Assembly (NCBI GenBank): GCA_951406725.2
Contig: OX597821.1
Location: forward strand, 91,140,001-91,204,000
DNA from: Octopus vulgaris
Lineage: Eukaryota
Length of the DNA stretch: 64,000 nt
Reading direction: 5' to 3'
Shown: in pieces, positions 26,028-39,445 of the stretch
How the letters are laid out: the number at the start of each line of letters is the position of its first letter
How positions within the stretch are numbered: position 1 is the stretch's first letter
Program-made: the position numbers and the translations under genes
Notes under the pieces: model-generated
The model's input: only the letters and a program-made list of their open reading frames with translations
Told to the model about the DNA's origin: nothing
Databases searched by the model: none

Positions 26028-27316
26028 CGAGGGGCGTTCAATAAGTAATGCCTCTGACCCACTTGCAGTTGCTTGATCTAGCTGAAAATTTACATGTGCA
26101 ATTATTTATATCTTTATAGATTAACTGGAAAATTACAGCTCTGAACTAATTGTGGTTTCTGATTTACAGGTGTTTGAACTGAGTCAAGTGTGAAATGGTG
26201 CCTGTTGAGTGTCGAGCAGTGATCCGGTTTTTGTATTTGAAAGGACGCACACCACGGGAGACTTTTGATGTAATGAAAGTAACTTATGGTGATGATGCCC
26301 CATCATATGACCTTGTAAAACGCTGGCATCGTGAATTCAAACTTGGTTGGAACTCTGTGGAAACAGCTCCCAGATCTGGTCGCCTCCCTTCTGCCATTGA
26401 TGAGGCATCTGTCCGTCAAGTTGAGGCTGCCATTTTGGAAGATCGACGCATAACTATTCGCCAAATAGCCCATGAGGTCAAGTTTAGTACCGGGTCTGTG
26501 GAAACTATCATTCATGACCATTTGCATATGCAAAAGGTGTCTGCCAGATGGATTCCCAGGTTGCTCACAACTTTCAAGAAGCAAGAACGCGTTGAGTGCT
26601 CGAGGATGAATTTGGAGATGTGCCAAGATGAGTCAAAATTTTTCAAAAGACTGATTACACAGGATGAAACCTGGGTTCATCACTATGATCCAGAGACCAA
26701 AGCCCAGTCAGTGCAGTGGAAGCTCCGTGACTCACCTCCTCCAAAGAAGGCAAGGGTGCAGCCCTCCGCTGACAAGGTCATGCTCACAGTCTTCTGGGAC
26801 CAGGACGGAGTAGTGATGACAGATTTCCTGGCAAAGGGTACCACAATTACAGGAGCCTATTATGCTTCACTTTTGAGGAAATTAAGAGAAGCTATCAAAA
26901 TCAAGAGGCGGGGCAAGATCAGCAAAGGCATCTTCCTCCTGCAGGACAACGCTCTGGTCTACAACTCGCGTGTCGCCAGATCAGAAGCACAGGCGTGCAG
27001 CTATGAACTCCTCCCACATCCCCCTACTCTCCTGACCTTGCACCCTCTGATTTTCACCTCTTCCTAGCCATGAAGTTGTTTTTGAAAGGAAAGCGTTTCC
27101 CAGATGATGCAGCCTTGATTTCTGAAGTCACGTTCAGGTTGGAGGACCAAGCTGGGGTCTTCTACAAAAACGGTCTCCAGAGCTGCATCAAACAATGGGA
27201 GAAATGCGTAACTCTGGGTGATTCCTATGTAGAAAAAGACTAATAAGTGTGCCAAGTTTCGTTGCTCTACTGCTATGGGAAGTGGGTCAGGGGCATTACT
27301 TATTGAACGCCCCTCG
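26028..27316 (+). mobile_element. Full-length mariner transposon (DD34D, probably irritans-like)
   Basis: TIRs CGAGGGGCGTTCAATAAGTAATGCC(T/C)CTGACCCACTT at both ends; TA TSD at 26026-26027 and 27317-27318; length 1289 bp. Confidence 0.97.
26195..27243 (+). pseudogene. Mariner transposase with a single frameshift
   Basis: HTH region, WIPRLL, TQDETWVHHYDPETK and QDNA motifs. A 1-nt deletion in a C-run near 27021-27025 breaks HPPYSPDLAPSDF, which continues in another frame to GDSYVEKD* at 27243. Confidence 0.93.
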
Positions 27317-27942
27317 TACATACCGGTTGACCTATGTGATGTACAGGAATTCTTTTATATATCCTCAAACTTTTTCTAATATTATGTATACACCCCCCCC
27401 TTATATAGACACACATATACATACACACGTACACACACACAGATATATCTTTAATCAGTGATTATGTGTTTGTTCTGTACACGGTATGCATCTGATGCAT
27501 ACAATATAATTTTTTGGTAACACATGTATTTTTAGTTGGGGTACAGTCTAATGTATTTGCTATTTTGTATTTTTCGCATATTCATCAGTATCTTGGTTTA
27601 ATAGTCTGCATTGAATATCCGTTGTTAATTACTATTTGTTTTATTCTGTACATTACTTTGTCTAGTATTTCGTTTGTAGAAGACATTCTATATGTTCACC
27701 CAAATAGTGAATTTATCACTGACGTTTTGTAGTTTCTGTCTTTTGTGTAAATTCATGTAATGTACCTATTATATTTGTGTCTAGATATTATTTTGTTTTC
27801 TCTTGTACCGAGAAACAATATATACATACATATTTTTTTGTGCATGTTTCTACGTATATTTATGTTTATATACTCGTCTCTCTCACTTTCTGACTCTCTC
27901 ATCCCCCCATTCTCTGCGATTAACTATGCTTGTATGTGAGAG

Positions 27943-27995
<53 letters not shown>

Positions 27996-28071
27996 GCACA
28001 TATACATGTCTGTAAGCATGTATGTGCAGCTTATGTGTGGGCATGTGTGTATATACATACACTTATATTTG

Positions 28072-28105
<34 letters not shown>

Positions 28106-29355
28106 GAGAGAGACACTCAGAGTGCAAATGATAAGGAAAAGACAATAAAGACACGAAAACACCAATGACATAAACTAACATTATAGACTAAGACGTATGA
28201 AATGTGAACTGAACATAATAGAAACCTTTGAAAAACTGTTTGCTGTAGCACCATTCCTCGCAAAGAAACCTAATAAATGGTCTTAATTATATTTAAAAAG
28301 AACGAGAAATGTTCCTTCATATTTATTCATATTTGCCAAGTGAAAGTAATTTGATTTCTATATTTTTACGCATATATAACAATTAATTTGCGATTATATT
28401 TTCGGCAATACTTCTATTACTCTATTGCTTTTCTTTCCATTTCGAAAGAATTACAGAGTGATTGTCGATTTGAACACACTGTCCATGATCATGAATTTAA
28501 TAAGCTAAAGCAGTCAACAACGGCCCGCCTCTTTAAATTAAATTAGCAGATTCTAATTCAAGACATTAAAAATGTTGTATTTTTCTGCCATGTAATTTTG
28601 TTGTTGTTTTTTTATAAATGAAATTATTAGGAAAAAATATCGTTTCATTTTTTTTATACTCTCACTCCATCGCGTAACTATTATTATCACTATCAGCATT
28701 ATATTATCATCAGCAATGCCGGTTCTTTTCTTATTTGCTGGAAAAATTAGAGCAACAGGCTAAGATATTAATAATTTATTTTTGATGAAAGTGTTAAGTT
28801 TCATGTCTCGTCTTTTGGAGTTCAATTTCTGCCACATCAATCTTCCAACTAATCACAGATTTGATACATTTTTTAGAAATTAAAGTAAAAACATTTAATG
28901 ATTTTAGCGTATTCAGAGGAAGTACAACAAAACCTCTGACCCGTTTCAGGGAGTGTGTGGAAAGGAGAAAGTTATTCTCAGAACAGATATCTAGAATGAA
29001 TCATTGCAGCACAGTGGATATAATTAAATGCATTTAAGGTTCAAATTGTAGTGTTTTATATCAAGCAGTGAATAAAGCCAGCACCGGAAACCAAAAGTGA
29101 TCCCTCTCACGGGATTTCATTACGTTATTGCCTTCTCAAATTCATAACATTCTGGTTTATCTAAAACGAGAGTAAAGATATAGTAAAAATAGCTTGTCCA
29201 AGGTGCTCTGTTATAAAATTGAACCTCAAACCATGTAGTTGTAAGGCACATAATTTGACTCAATTACGTAACTATACCTGTTCATATTATAAAGAACGAA
29301 GCCAAATCATCACTGGTTTCATTCTATTCATTTTCTAATGAGATATCTCACAGTT

Positions 29356-29737
29356 AGGAGGTGCAATGGCCTAGTGGTTTGGGCAGCGGACTCGCGGTCG
29401 TAGGATCGCGGTTTCGATTCCCAGACCGGGCGTTGTGAGTGTTTATTGAGCGAAAACACCCAAAGCTCCACGAGGCTCCGGCAGGGATGGTGGTGATCCC
29501 TGCTGTACTCTTTCACCACAACTTTCTCTTACTTCCTGTTTCTGTTGTACCTGTATTTCAAAGGGCCGTCCTTGTCACTCTCTGTGTCACGCTGAATATC
29601 CCCGAGAACTACGTTAAGGGTACACGTGTCTGTGGAGTGCTCAGCCACTTACACGTTAATTTCACGAACAGGCTGTTCCGTTGATCGGATCAACAGGAAC
29701 CTTCGTCGTCGTAACCGACGGAGTGCTTCCATCCACC
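29356..29737 (+). mobile_element. SINE family C, full length
   Basis: 13-bp TSD ATCTCACAGTTAG at 29345-29357 and 29738-29750; tRNA-like head with CTCGCG in the anticodon region (tRNA-Arg-like). Confidence 0.92.
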
Positions 29738-30317
29738 ATCTCACAGTTAGCAAGAACATAAGCATTTTGGAAAGAAGCCATCTACGAAACAACACATTTT
29801 AAAGCAAGCAAAAAAAATCACACACGTCAGTAGCACTGGCATGCGTGTGTGTGTGTGTGTGTGTAATCTCTCGTATTCTAGCTTTCATATCAACTCCTTG
29901 CCTTCTGGTATTAGTTAGTGGCAATATTTTAGTGTGCATAAATACACCAAAATCATTTAATGAGCTCTTCTCATTTTTATGCATTTCTTACCAGATTTTT
30001 AACCAGGGTCTTTATACTCATCAAATGAACATCAAACCAGTTAAACATCTACTGCCTTTCACAAGATAACGCACTGTCGGAAATGGCAGAGAAATTTTCA
30101 TCACACCATATTCCAAATTAAAAAAAAAGAAGAATGCAATCCTACATAGAAGTAACCAGACGGAATGGTAACGGCTAGAGTAATATCTACCAGGGTACAT
30201 CGAGACTAAAAACAACGAATAAAGATATTAATTGGCTTTGGTCTAAAGGCAGTAGCAATGGATTTTCTCGTCCAGTAAAGCGAAGAGGAGTTCAGTTGAC
30301 CCTCCAGTTACCTCTAT

Positions 30318-30547
30318 AGGCGAGCTGGCAGAAACGTTAGCACGCCGGACGAAGTGCTCAGCGGTATTTCGTCTGCCGCTACGTTCCGAGTTCAAATTCC
30401 GCCGAGGTCGACTTTGCCTTTCATCCTTTCGGGGTCAATTAAATAAGTACCAGTTAAGCACTGGGGGTCGATGTAATCGACTTAATCCGTTTGTCTGTCC
30501 TTGTTTGTCCCCTCTGTGTTTAGCCCCTCGTGGGTAGTAAAGAAATA
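30318..30547 (+). mobile_element. SINE family B, full length
   Basis: 14-bp TSD AGTTACCTCTATAG at 30306-30319 and 30547-30560. Confidence 0.92.
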
Positions 30548-31231
30548 GTTACCTCTATAGAATTTACTGAACCATTCATGAAAGATTGCAATGTGGCTGC
30601 AGTCTTATCCCGACCTCTTTCCTGCATGTATCTGTTAAACAAATTCAAATTATTTCAAGTCAACATGAAGTTTTCATCTTCATAACTAAATCCCATGACA
30701 TAAGTATGTAACATTTGCCTACACATAAATATGTCTAGTTTATTACAAGCATGGGTGTATGGTTACAGAAATTTATTTCTCAACTACAAGATTTTAGGCT
30801 TGACCAATTTGGCAAGTGAATCCTACAGTAGAATCAGGCCAGCCGAAAGCTTGTGCATAGATTTATGAGAAAGAAACAGAATGAAGCTTTTAGCATGTGT
30901 AAATGTATGCGTATATAGGTGTATTTGTGCTTCCTCGTTTTAACATTGCGAGTGTCACCATCATGGAAGTGATGCTTTTACTTTCCAATTTTCCATGAAA
31001 TCGTGTCTGACCACAAGAAAATATAACCTTGCTTGGAAATAAATGGGGTCATTGGCAAAAGGAACATCTAACAATGAAAAATCTCCCTTCAGGAATTTGT
31101 TTTGGCCCATGTAAGCATAGAAAAGTAGATGTTAGAACAATGAGAATAATAATGGCAACACGTAAGCATATATAGCAAAATAAATACATAGACATGTAAA
31201 TGTATACAAATCAAAATGTATATATCTATAC

Positions 31232-31628
31232 TCTTTTTACTTTTTTACTTGTTTCAGTCATTTGACTGCGGCCAAGCTGGAGCACCACATTTAATCGAGC
31301 AACTCGACCCCGGGACTTATTCTTTTGTAAGCCTAGTACTTATTCTATCGGTCTCTTTTGCCGAACCGCTAAGTAACGGGGACATAAACACACCAGCATC
31401 GGTTGTCAAACAATGCTAGGGGGACAAACACAGACACACAAACACACACACGCATATATATATATACATATATACGACGGGCTTCTTTCAGTTTCCGTCT
31501 ACCAAATCCACTCACAAGGCATTGGTCGGCCCGAGGCTATAGTAGAAGACACTTGCCCAAGATGCCACGCAGTGGGACTGAACCCGGAACCATGTGGTTG
31601 GTAAACAAGCTACTTACCACACAGCCAC
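31232..31628 (-). mobile_element. SINE family A
   Basis: Reverse complement of 5767-6170. Confidence 0.9.
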
Positions 31629-32118
31629 ATACAAAATAAACAGTTCTACATAAGAATATGCATAACTTAATAGACTTGTAAAATTATATGTATAATTCTT
31701 TATTTTACTAAAACTGAAATTGAAAATTTATCCCGCAGCCCAAGTTTCATGCCAATTCGATCATCATACGAAATGAGTTTCGCCTGCTGATCGCAGTGGC
31801 ATAAAAGTGGAGTAGCAAAATAAGTACTCTACTTCAGATTTAATTAAAAAAATAAACTATATCCTCAACATGTATTGAGCACTCCTTTCTCATTAATTCG
31901 ATATTAATAACGTACGAATAATTAAACATATGTGTGTGTATTTATATATTATCAATAAAACGCAGGTAACAGGTTACAAAACATATAAATATTTTTTCAT
32001 ATTACTGTCAGAATTACATAATTTCTGTTTGGAACATGATATAATCTTCCTAAATTACTTCTGTGTTCAACAAATCCTGCAATGATCGATGCTAAATACA
32101 CAATATATATTCCCGTTT

Positions 32119-32515
32119 AAGGCGGCGAGCTGGCAGAGACGTTAGCACGCCGGGCGAAATGCGTAGCCGTATTTCGTCTGCCGCTACGTTCTGAGTTCAA
32201 AATCCGCCGAGGTCGACTTTGCCTTTCATCCTTTCGGGTTCGATTAAATATGTAGCAGTTACGCACTGGAGTCGATATAATCGACTTAATCCGTTTGCAT
32301 GTCCTTGTTTGTCCCTTCTGTGTTTAGCCCCTTGTGTGTAGTAAAGAAATAGGTATTTCGTTTGTCTTTACGTTCTGAGTTCAAATTCCGCTGAGGTCGA
32401 CTTTGCCTTTCATCCTTTCTTGGTCGATAAATTAAGTACCAGTTGAGTACTGGGGTCGACCTAATCAACTGGCCCCTCCTCCAAAATTTCGGGCCTTGTG
32501 CCTAGAATAGGAAGG
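32119..32515 (+). mobile_element. SINE family B dimer
   Basis: Two bodies joined at GGTATT (about 32357). The dimer is flanked by the 14-bp TSD AATATATATTCCCG at 32102-32115 and 32516-32529. Confidence 0.9.
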
Positions 32516-32954
32516 AATATATATTCCCGCTATGCAAATTTTCAACGACATTACCACTTGCACAATGTAATAGGAGACCAACAAAAGTCCACAAGGGACT
32601 GATGCCATACTACCCATACCTACGTAGGCATTATCAAGATAACTGCATTAATATCAACAGTACACTACTAGTAGCTAGGATGGTGTGTTCTAGGCATAAA
32701 TCAGAACCAAAATCCCTGTAACTAATTAACTGACAAGTTTTATGGTATCAGCCACAGACATCCGCTATCCACCAGGTAGACAAGGAGCAGGTTGATACAA
32801 ACTCCCATAATACTCTGTTATTTCCATCTAACCAGTTGCACGCATCAACGTCCCACATAGCATACTGTTCCCACATGCTCACTCACAACATCTGACTAAG
32901 TATATATACATATGTATTTATGGCAAATAAGTAACAGGGAGATCAAGGAATAAA

Positions 32955-33041
32955 TGTAATACAGCCGTTTCAGGCGGCTCCATTTAATCAAACAATGCAA
33001 ATATTACATCAATTTGAAATACATCGCCATCTTCGGATACA
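32955..33041 (-). ncRNA. Degenerate hammerhead motif (Penelope-like repeat)
   Basis: Minus strand reads TGTAT-CCGAAGA-TGGCG...CGCCT-GAAA-CGGCTG-TA-TTACA, with core U4 mutated. The stem II loop is similar to that at 39247-39322. Confidence 0.5.
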
Positions 33042-33304
33042 AAAATATAGATTTTCAACAGACAGGATACTCTATTATAATTTTTAGCAAATATTTCATC
33101 AGAGCTAGAGAATGAAAGAATTCCATGCTGCTACTATTGTAGCAGAAAAAAGTTAATTATTCGCTTTTTATTCACCTTACTTCGAGCTATGCGGATAATA
33201 TTAGACTAACTTGGTGTCTCAAATTAAGTACCTAATTCAACTGGATCTTAATTATTTCTCATACATATTTATATATGTGTGTGAGTGAGTGTGTATGTAT
33301 GTGT

Positions 33305-33343
<39 letters not shown>

Positions 33344-34130
33344 TGTACGTGTGGCACTCGCGATGTTATTGAGAATTTGCATACCGGGAATATGAATTAA
33401 GCAGTTAGCACCTGTCATTGTATTTCTTGCTGAACACTGAAAAAGAGTTTAACAAGATTATATAATGTTTCAACAGTAATTATGTAATCCTAACGGTAAA
33501 TTGTCAAAATGCGTATATGGTTTATAAATCAACGAACACCAGATCTGCTTTCTTTATTTTATTAATGCTATTGGGCAACTCATATTCTACACTCTAGCCT
33601 ACCCCCACTTGGTTTGATACACCATGTCGCACACCAGCAGGATGTACAACCCACTACTGAACTTAAACTTCCGTTACGTGTCACGATTCACAGCACATAT
33701 ATTCTCTTTCTCTCCCTCTTTCTCACCCTGCCTGTCTGTCTCTTTATATATAAGTTTTTAATTAACAGCACATGTAAAGTGACTCAAGGCCGATATATTT
33801 GTGAATCAACGTAAGCCTTGTCCCTTCAGTCAATTTATAACTTCTACTAATTAAAATTAATGTGTGTATGTGTGTGTGTACACAGGTTCTTACTTCTATT
33901 CATAATGCTTCTGCTACCCACTATCAAACCTCTCTCTCTCTCTGTATCTATTTAGGTATAAATATGTTCACACTCACGCGCGAACGCACACAAACACACA
34001 CACATATATTTATTTATATATATATATATATATTATATATAAATATATATATATATTTATATATAAATATATATATATGAAAATAAATATATATATATAT
34101 ATATATATATATGAATATATATTTATATAT

Positions 34131-34300
34131 AGGCGCAGGTGTGGCCGTGTGGTAAGAAGTTTGCTTTACAACCACAAGGTTCAGGATTCAGTCACACTGC
34201 ATACCACTGTTACGGCGAATGAGCGACCAAACGCATATATGCACATTTGTATAAGCTTACGACGGGCTTCTTTCAGTTTTCGTCAAACAAATTTACCCTC
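34131..34300. mobile_element. SINE family A head (+) followed by part of a minus-strand family A copy
   Basis: 34131-34228 is the head. 34259-34300 (ACGACGGGCTTCTTTCAGTTT) is minus-strand body that resumes at 36607. Confidence 0.75.
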
Positions 34301-36605
34301 AGAATCTTTCCAGCTTGAACTACCATAAGGCAAACTGGAAACAAATTGAGAAAGAGATCCTCAAACAAAACTGGCTTAAATGTCTCTCCTCGCCAGACAT
34401 CGACGTGAAACTTCAACAATTCATGTCTTTAATGCAAGCCATATACAACAAATGCGTCCCAGAGAGAAAGGCCACTGTACACAAGAACAAAATCCCCAGA
34501 GAGAGGAAAATTTTAATGAGACGGCGTACAAAAATTTCAAATCGCCTAAACAAACAGATTGAAAGCAGTGAAAAGTCCCGCCTAAAAATAAAACTGTTGG
34601 AAATTGAAAAATGTCTGCAACTCTCCCATGAAAAAGAAAGAGCAGACAAAGAAGCCTGGGCTATAGACAACATAAAATCTAACCCCAGAGCTTTCTACAG
34701 GTATGCCAAAGAAACAGCTACGGTGCACTGTAGAAAAGGGCCACTCCTTGAAAAGGATGGCACACTTACAGGAAAACCAATGAGGGTAAGTGAAATACTG
34801 AATGAGCAATTCAAGAGTGTTTTCACTCCACCCATTGGGCATCTCCAAATCACCAATCCAACTGACTTCTTTACCACTGCAGATATAAAATCAGAGGCGG
34901 CGACGATAGATTACATCGATATAAAGGAAGACGATGTAAACAAGGCTATAGATGAAATGAAAACAGACTCAGCTACTGGCCCCGATGGATTCCCGGCAAT
35001 CCTCCTAAAAGCATGTAAGAGAGTCCTAGCAAGACCACTGCAGTTCCTCTTTCAGAGCTTCCTTGCAGCTGGCAAACTTCCAAGAAAACTGAAGGAAGGT
35101 AAAATATGCCCCATTCATAAAGGAGGTAGCAGAGCGGAGGCCAAGAACTACTGACCTATCTCTCTGACCTCACACATCAGCAAGGTCATGGAACGAATAG
35201 TCAGAAGGAAACTGATCACCTTCGTTGAAGAGAATGACTTGCTGCCCGACACCCAACAGGGTTTCCGACCAGGGAGAAGCTGTTTAACTCAGCTCCTGCA
35301 GCACTATGACTGGGTGCTGAAACGGCTGCTCAACCACTCAGATGTGGAAGTGATATATCTCGACTTTGCAAAGGCCTTTGATAAAGTCGATCATGGAATG
35401 ATATGTCACAAACTGCGTGATCTCAACATAGTTGGAAAACTGGGAGAATGGCTTCATGACTTTCTGAAAGATAGAAGTCAGGTGGTAGTAGCCAATGGGG
35501 CAAATAGTGAGCGGTGTTCCGCAGGGCACTGTTCTGGGACCACTACTGTTCATAATGGCCCTCTCAGACATGCCCTCAGCCACGCAGTGAGCCACGATCA
35601 CAAGTTATGCAGATGATACAAAAGTTTCACAGGCAATACAGAACCCTGAGGACACTAAACGCCTGCAATGTGAGCTGGACGAAATATACAAGTGGGCTGA
35701 AAAGAATAGCATGCAGTTCAATGCTGAAAAGTTTCAAGCTTTATACTATCAGCATGCAAAACTAAATGCAATACCCAATGAATACACTGGACCCGGAGGA
35801 ATAGCAATCCCAGAGGCACAATGAGTGCGTGACCTAGGTATTTACATGAGTGATGACGCAACCTTTCGTGTACATGTTGCTAAATTGGCAATGAAATGTA
35901 GACGACTGGCCGGATGGATCCTCAGAACCTTTAGAACAAGAGAACAAGAAACCATGATGGTCCTCTGGAGGACACTTGTCCTAAGCCACTTTGACTACTG
36001 CTCTCAGTTATGGTCACCATCCAGTGTCAAGTTGATCACAGAGCTCGAGGCGATCCAACGCAGCTACACGAAGAAGATAGCCTCTATGCAGAATGTAAGC
36101 TACTGGGAAAGACTCAAGAGATTAAAACTATATTCCTTGGAGCGTAGGCGGGAAAGATATGCCATAATATACATCTGGAAGATCCTGGAATGACGTGTCC
36201 TAAACTTTGGCATCGAGAGTTACGCAAATGCCAGAACTGAGCGCCACTGCGAGGTGCCTAGGACTCCAAGTTTGCCATCAAGATGTAGGGCAAGATTCTG
36301 TGATAGCCTGGGCTTCCGTGGCCTACAGCTCTTCAATATCCTCCCGAAGAACCTCAGAGACCTGCATGGGGTGGATGCAGATGTCTTTAAAATGAAACTA
36401 GATCTCTTCCTGTCAGGTGTCCCAGATGAACCAACTTCACGGCAGGAGGTGCAGATGAGGGCAGCTGCATCGAACTCTCTCATGCACCAAATGGCAGTTG
36501 CTAAAAAGCTTTCGTGAAGTAAAACCAAGTAGCAACGCCAAATGGCGGTGCCCCAGCATGGCCACAGCTCATAAGCTGAAACTAGAATCAATCAATCAAT
36601 CAATC
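34301..36605 (+). mobile_element. 5'-truncated CR1-group LINE, ORF2 reverse transcriptase pseudogene
   Basis: Motifs GPDG, NY*PISL, QQGFRPGRSC, YLDFAKAFDKVDH, SGVPQGTVLGPLLF, YADDTK (35606), RDLG and YWERLKRLKLYSLERRRERY. Stops at 35152, 35822 and 36191 and a frameshift near 35505; (ATCA)n 3' tail. Confidence 0.93.
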
Positions 36606-36606
36606 A

Positions 36607-36712
36607 TAACATTTTGTCGCTCATTCGCCGTATCAGAGCTATGCAGTGTGACTGAATCCTGAACCTTGTGGTTGTAAAGCAAACTTCTTACCACACGGCC
36701 ACACCTGCGCCT
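36607..36712 (-). mobile_element. SINE family A head (minus), inverted twin of 34131-34228
   Basis: Its reverse complement is nearly identical to 34131-34228. Confidence 0.85.
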
Positions 36713-36725
36713 ATATATATATATA

Positions 36726-36832
<107 letters not shown>

Positions 36833-36848
36833 TGATATATATATATAT

Positions 36849-37362
36849 ACAAGAAAAAAACAACAAGAATGGATTAGTTGTTCAGTACAATTGTTTCATA
36901 CGAAGAACACCTTTATTAAAAGCTGCAAATATTGCAGCAAATACAATACCGTTTTTGTGAAGCTAACAAACTTTTTTAAAAACCTTTTATAAAACTGTGC
37001 ATCATTAGAGAACTTTTGAAGTCTGCTTACAATCTAACTTTGCTTTTCATAGAACACTCTTTGATATTTCATGAGTGTAGCCTGACTCCCTAGGATGTTT
37101 GGAAAACTCATATGTGTTTTGGCTGATGAATACGGGACACTTGTATTTGCTGCAATGTTTGCAGCTTTTAATAAAGCTGTTCTTCGTATGAAACAATTGA
37201 ACTGAACAACTAATCCATTCTTGTTGCTTTGTTCTTGTTTATAATCACCCCGAATTATTTTATGGTTAATACCATAAAGATTTCTGGTGCATCTAAGTTA
37301 AGTACCGCATTCATGGGAATTCATTGGAACTCACTTGAATCTTAATTGTTTTTACTGAAATT
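36849..37362 (+). mobile_element. Penelope-like pseudo-LTR module with inverted partial copy, between (TA)n tracts
   Basis: About 98-bp inverted arms at 36849-36946 and 37141-37238, with a hammerhead motif at 37117-37207. The 3' portion is related to 39335-39445 and 33186-33250. Confidence 0.7.
37117..37207 (+). ncRNA. Hammerhead ribozyme motif with mutated cleavage triplet
   Basis: CTGATGA (37123-37129); stem II ATACGG/TCGTAT; GAAA (37190-37193); palindromic CAATTG. The triplet reads GAA here but GTA in the inverted copy at about 36881-36905. Confidence 0.65.
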
Positions 37363-37413
37363 ATATATATATATATTTATATATAAATAAATATATATAT
37401 ATATCTATATATA

Positions 37414-37482
<69 letters not shown>

Positions 37483-37775
37483 AATAAATATATATATATA
37501 TTTATATATAATATATATATATATTTATATATAATATATATATATATATAAATATATGTATATATATATATATATAAATATATATACAGATGCTTACGAA
37601 CAAATATATATATACACGTATTTTTAAAATGTCATATGCAGATATAAATATTTCAGTATATATATTCGTGGATGCACAAAGATGTTTATATATGTTCCAC
37701 AAATATATATTATTATCCATATTGATATTATTATACAAAAAGTTATATACGTATGTGTTTGTATATATACATACA

Positions 37776-37820
<45 letters not shown>

Positions 37821-39246
37821 TTTTATATACATGCTGACAATTATATTTATTCATTGTATACACATACTTATACATTACAAAAACATACGCCCATATTTGT
37901 GCCTGAAGACGTACACGTATGCAAAACATGCTCGCACCTACTCATACATAGATCTAGAAAGGACAGAGCAAATTTCCATTTATAGAAAATTCTGAAAAAA
38001 GGAATATGAAATACAAAACTAAAGATATATACTTGATAAAAGTTATATATATATATAATGGTAAAGTATTAAATATTTCAAGAGTTCATCAGGTGCAAAA
38101 TTTCCTTAGAAGTGTATGAATCGAACTTGTTTTTCTTCTATTTTTGTTTCCAATAAAAGATCCCCATGTGTCTTTCGTTGCTGCTAAATATTATCATCGA
38201 TAAAATATTTCTTATTCTTTATTATTCCATTGTAACTACGTACTTCGGTCTGTTGGTTGTTACAGTATTCTCTTTGAGGTTTCCTACATTTTATTTCTGA
38301 CAGATGTTGGCATATGATGTTTGATGCGTCGGTGTTGGTTGATATTTTAGGAGATGCAGTGGTGGTTGTGTGATGGTCTGAGAGTTTAGGAGATGTAGAC
38401 GCTGAGAATGATTACTAGGTCTTTGAGTGTGAATGTTTGTAATAATTGTTGATCATCCACCACTAATCCCTCGAGGAACAAAGTTGTTTTATGATTAAAT
38501 ATATTGGAACAGTTACCATCCTGTTTTACTTACAACTATGTAGTAACACATTATCAAATGTAGTCTTTCCTAATTTAGGATGATCGGATATATTTTGTTA
38601 TTTCTAACAGAGCAAATGACAACATAAAGACACGTTTGTAATCAAGTTGGCAGTAGCTTTTGTTAGTTTGAAGGAACACAATGAGGAATGTAGGACTGTT
38701 GTTTACTCTGTGATACCTATTAGCTTCGGGTCTGCCGCCAAATGAGCATATCTATGATCAAAGATGTACAAACATAACTATCTAACCTTTTATTCCCCTA
38801 ATGTATCCAATACTTTTGCAACTGAGAAGCTGAGTTGTAGGACGTAGGACATATTACGTGTAGGATCACAAAAGCAGAAAAATTTACAAGAAAACCATAA
38901 AAGTTAGTAATAACAAAGAAAAAATTACACTTCCCTGTAACACTTGCCTTATCTTACGCTATTGCTGAGTTGATAAATCTAAGGTGACAGTCAACAAATG
39001 GGACACAGCTCCTCTAGTCTCACCATGTGTGACTATGACACAGAGCGTTATATATTATGACACAGTTGTTGAAATAACTTCTGATTCATGAACCATGTAC
39101 TTGTGTTGACACAGAATTATACAAAGAAGATCCACAAGAATGTATCCAGCTTTGGCTGAATATGAAGTAGACTTGATAAAAGGAAGCGCTAGTTCTGTGG
39201 TTCTCAACCATATTTTGTCTGGATCCCTTTTGATTCTTATTTAACT

Positions 39247-39445
39247 CTGAGGATTGCTCTGCATTTAAATTGATGTAATGATTGCATTGTTCAATTAAAT
39301 GGAGTTGCTTGAAACGATCGTACTGCATTACCTCTGGATATCCTTGTTGCTTATTTTAATTTTAATCACCTTACTTTGAAATTGTATGGATAATACCATA
39401 CTAAATTCTGGTGCCTCAACTTAAGTACCATATTCATCTGAATCT
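39247..39445 (+). mobile_element. Decayed Penelope-like pseudo-LTR with degenerate hammerhead
   Basis: CTGAGGA ... GAAA-CGATCG-TA with a perfect palindromic stem III but decayed stems I and II; downstream sequence is homologous to 37215-37315. Confidence 0.5.

Noticed and set aside
38061-38100. CTGATGA...GAAA on the minus strand
   Set aside because: Only 6 nt between the core segments with no convincing stem II, and no stem I; not counted as a hammerhead.
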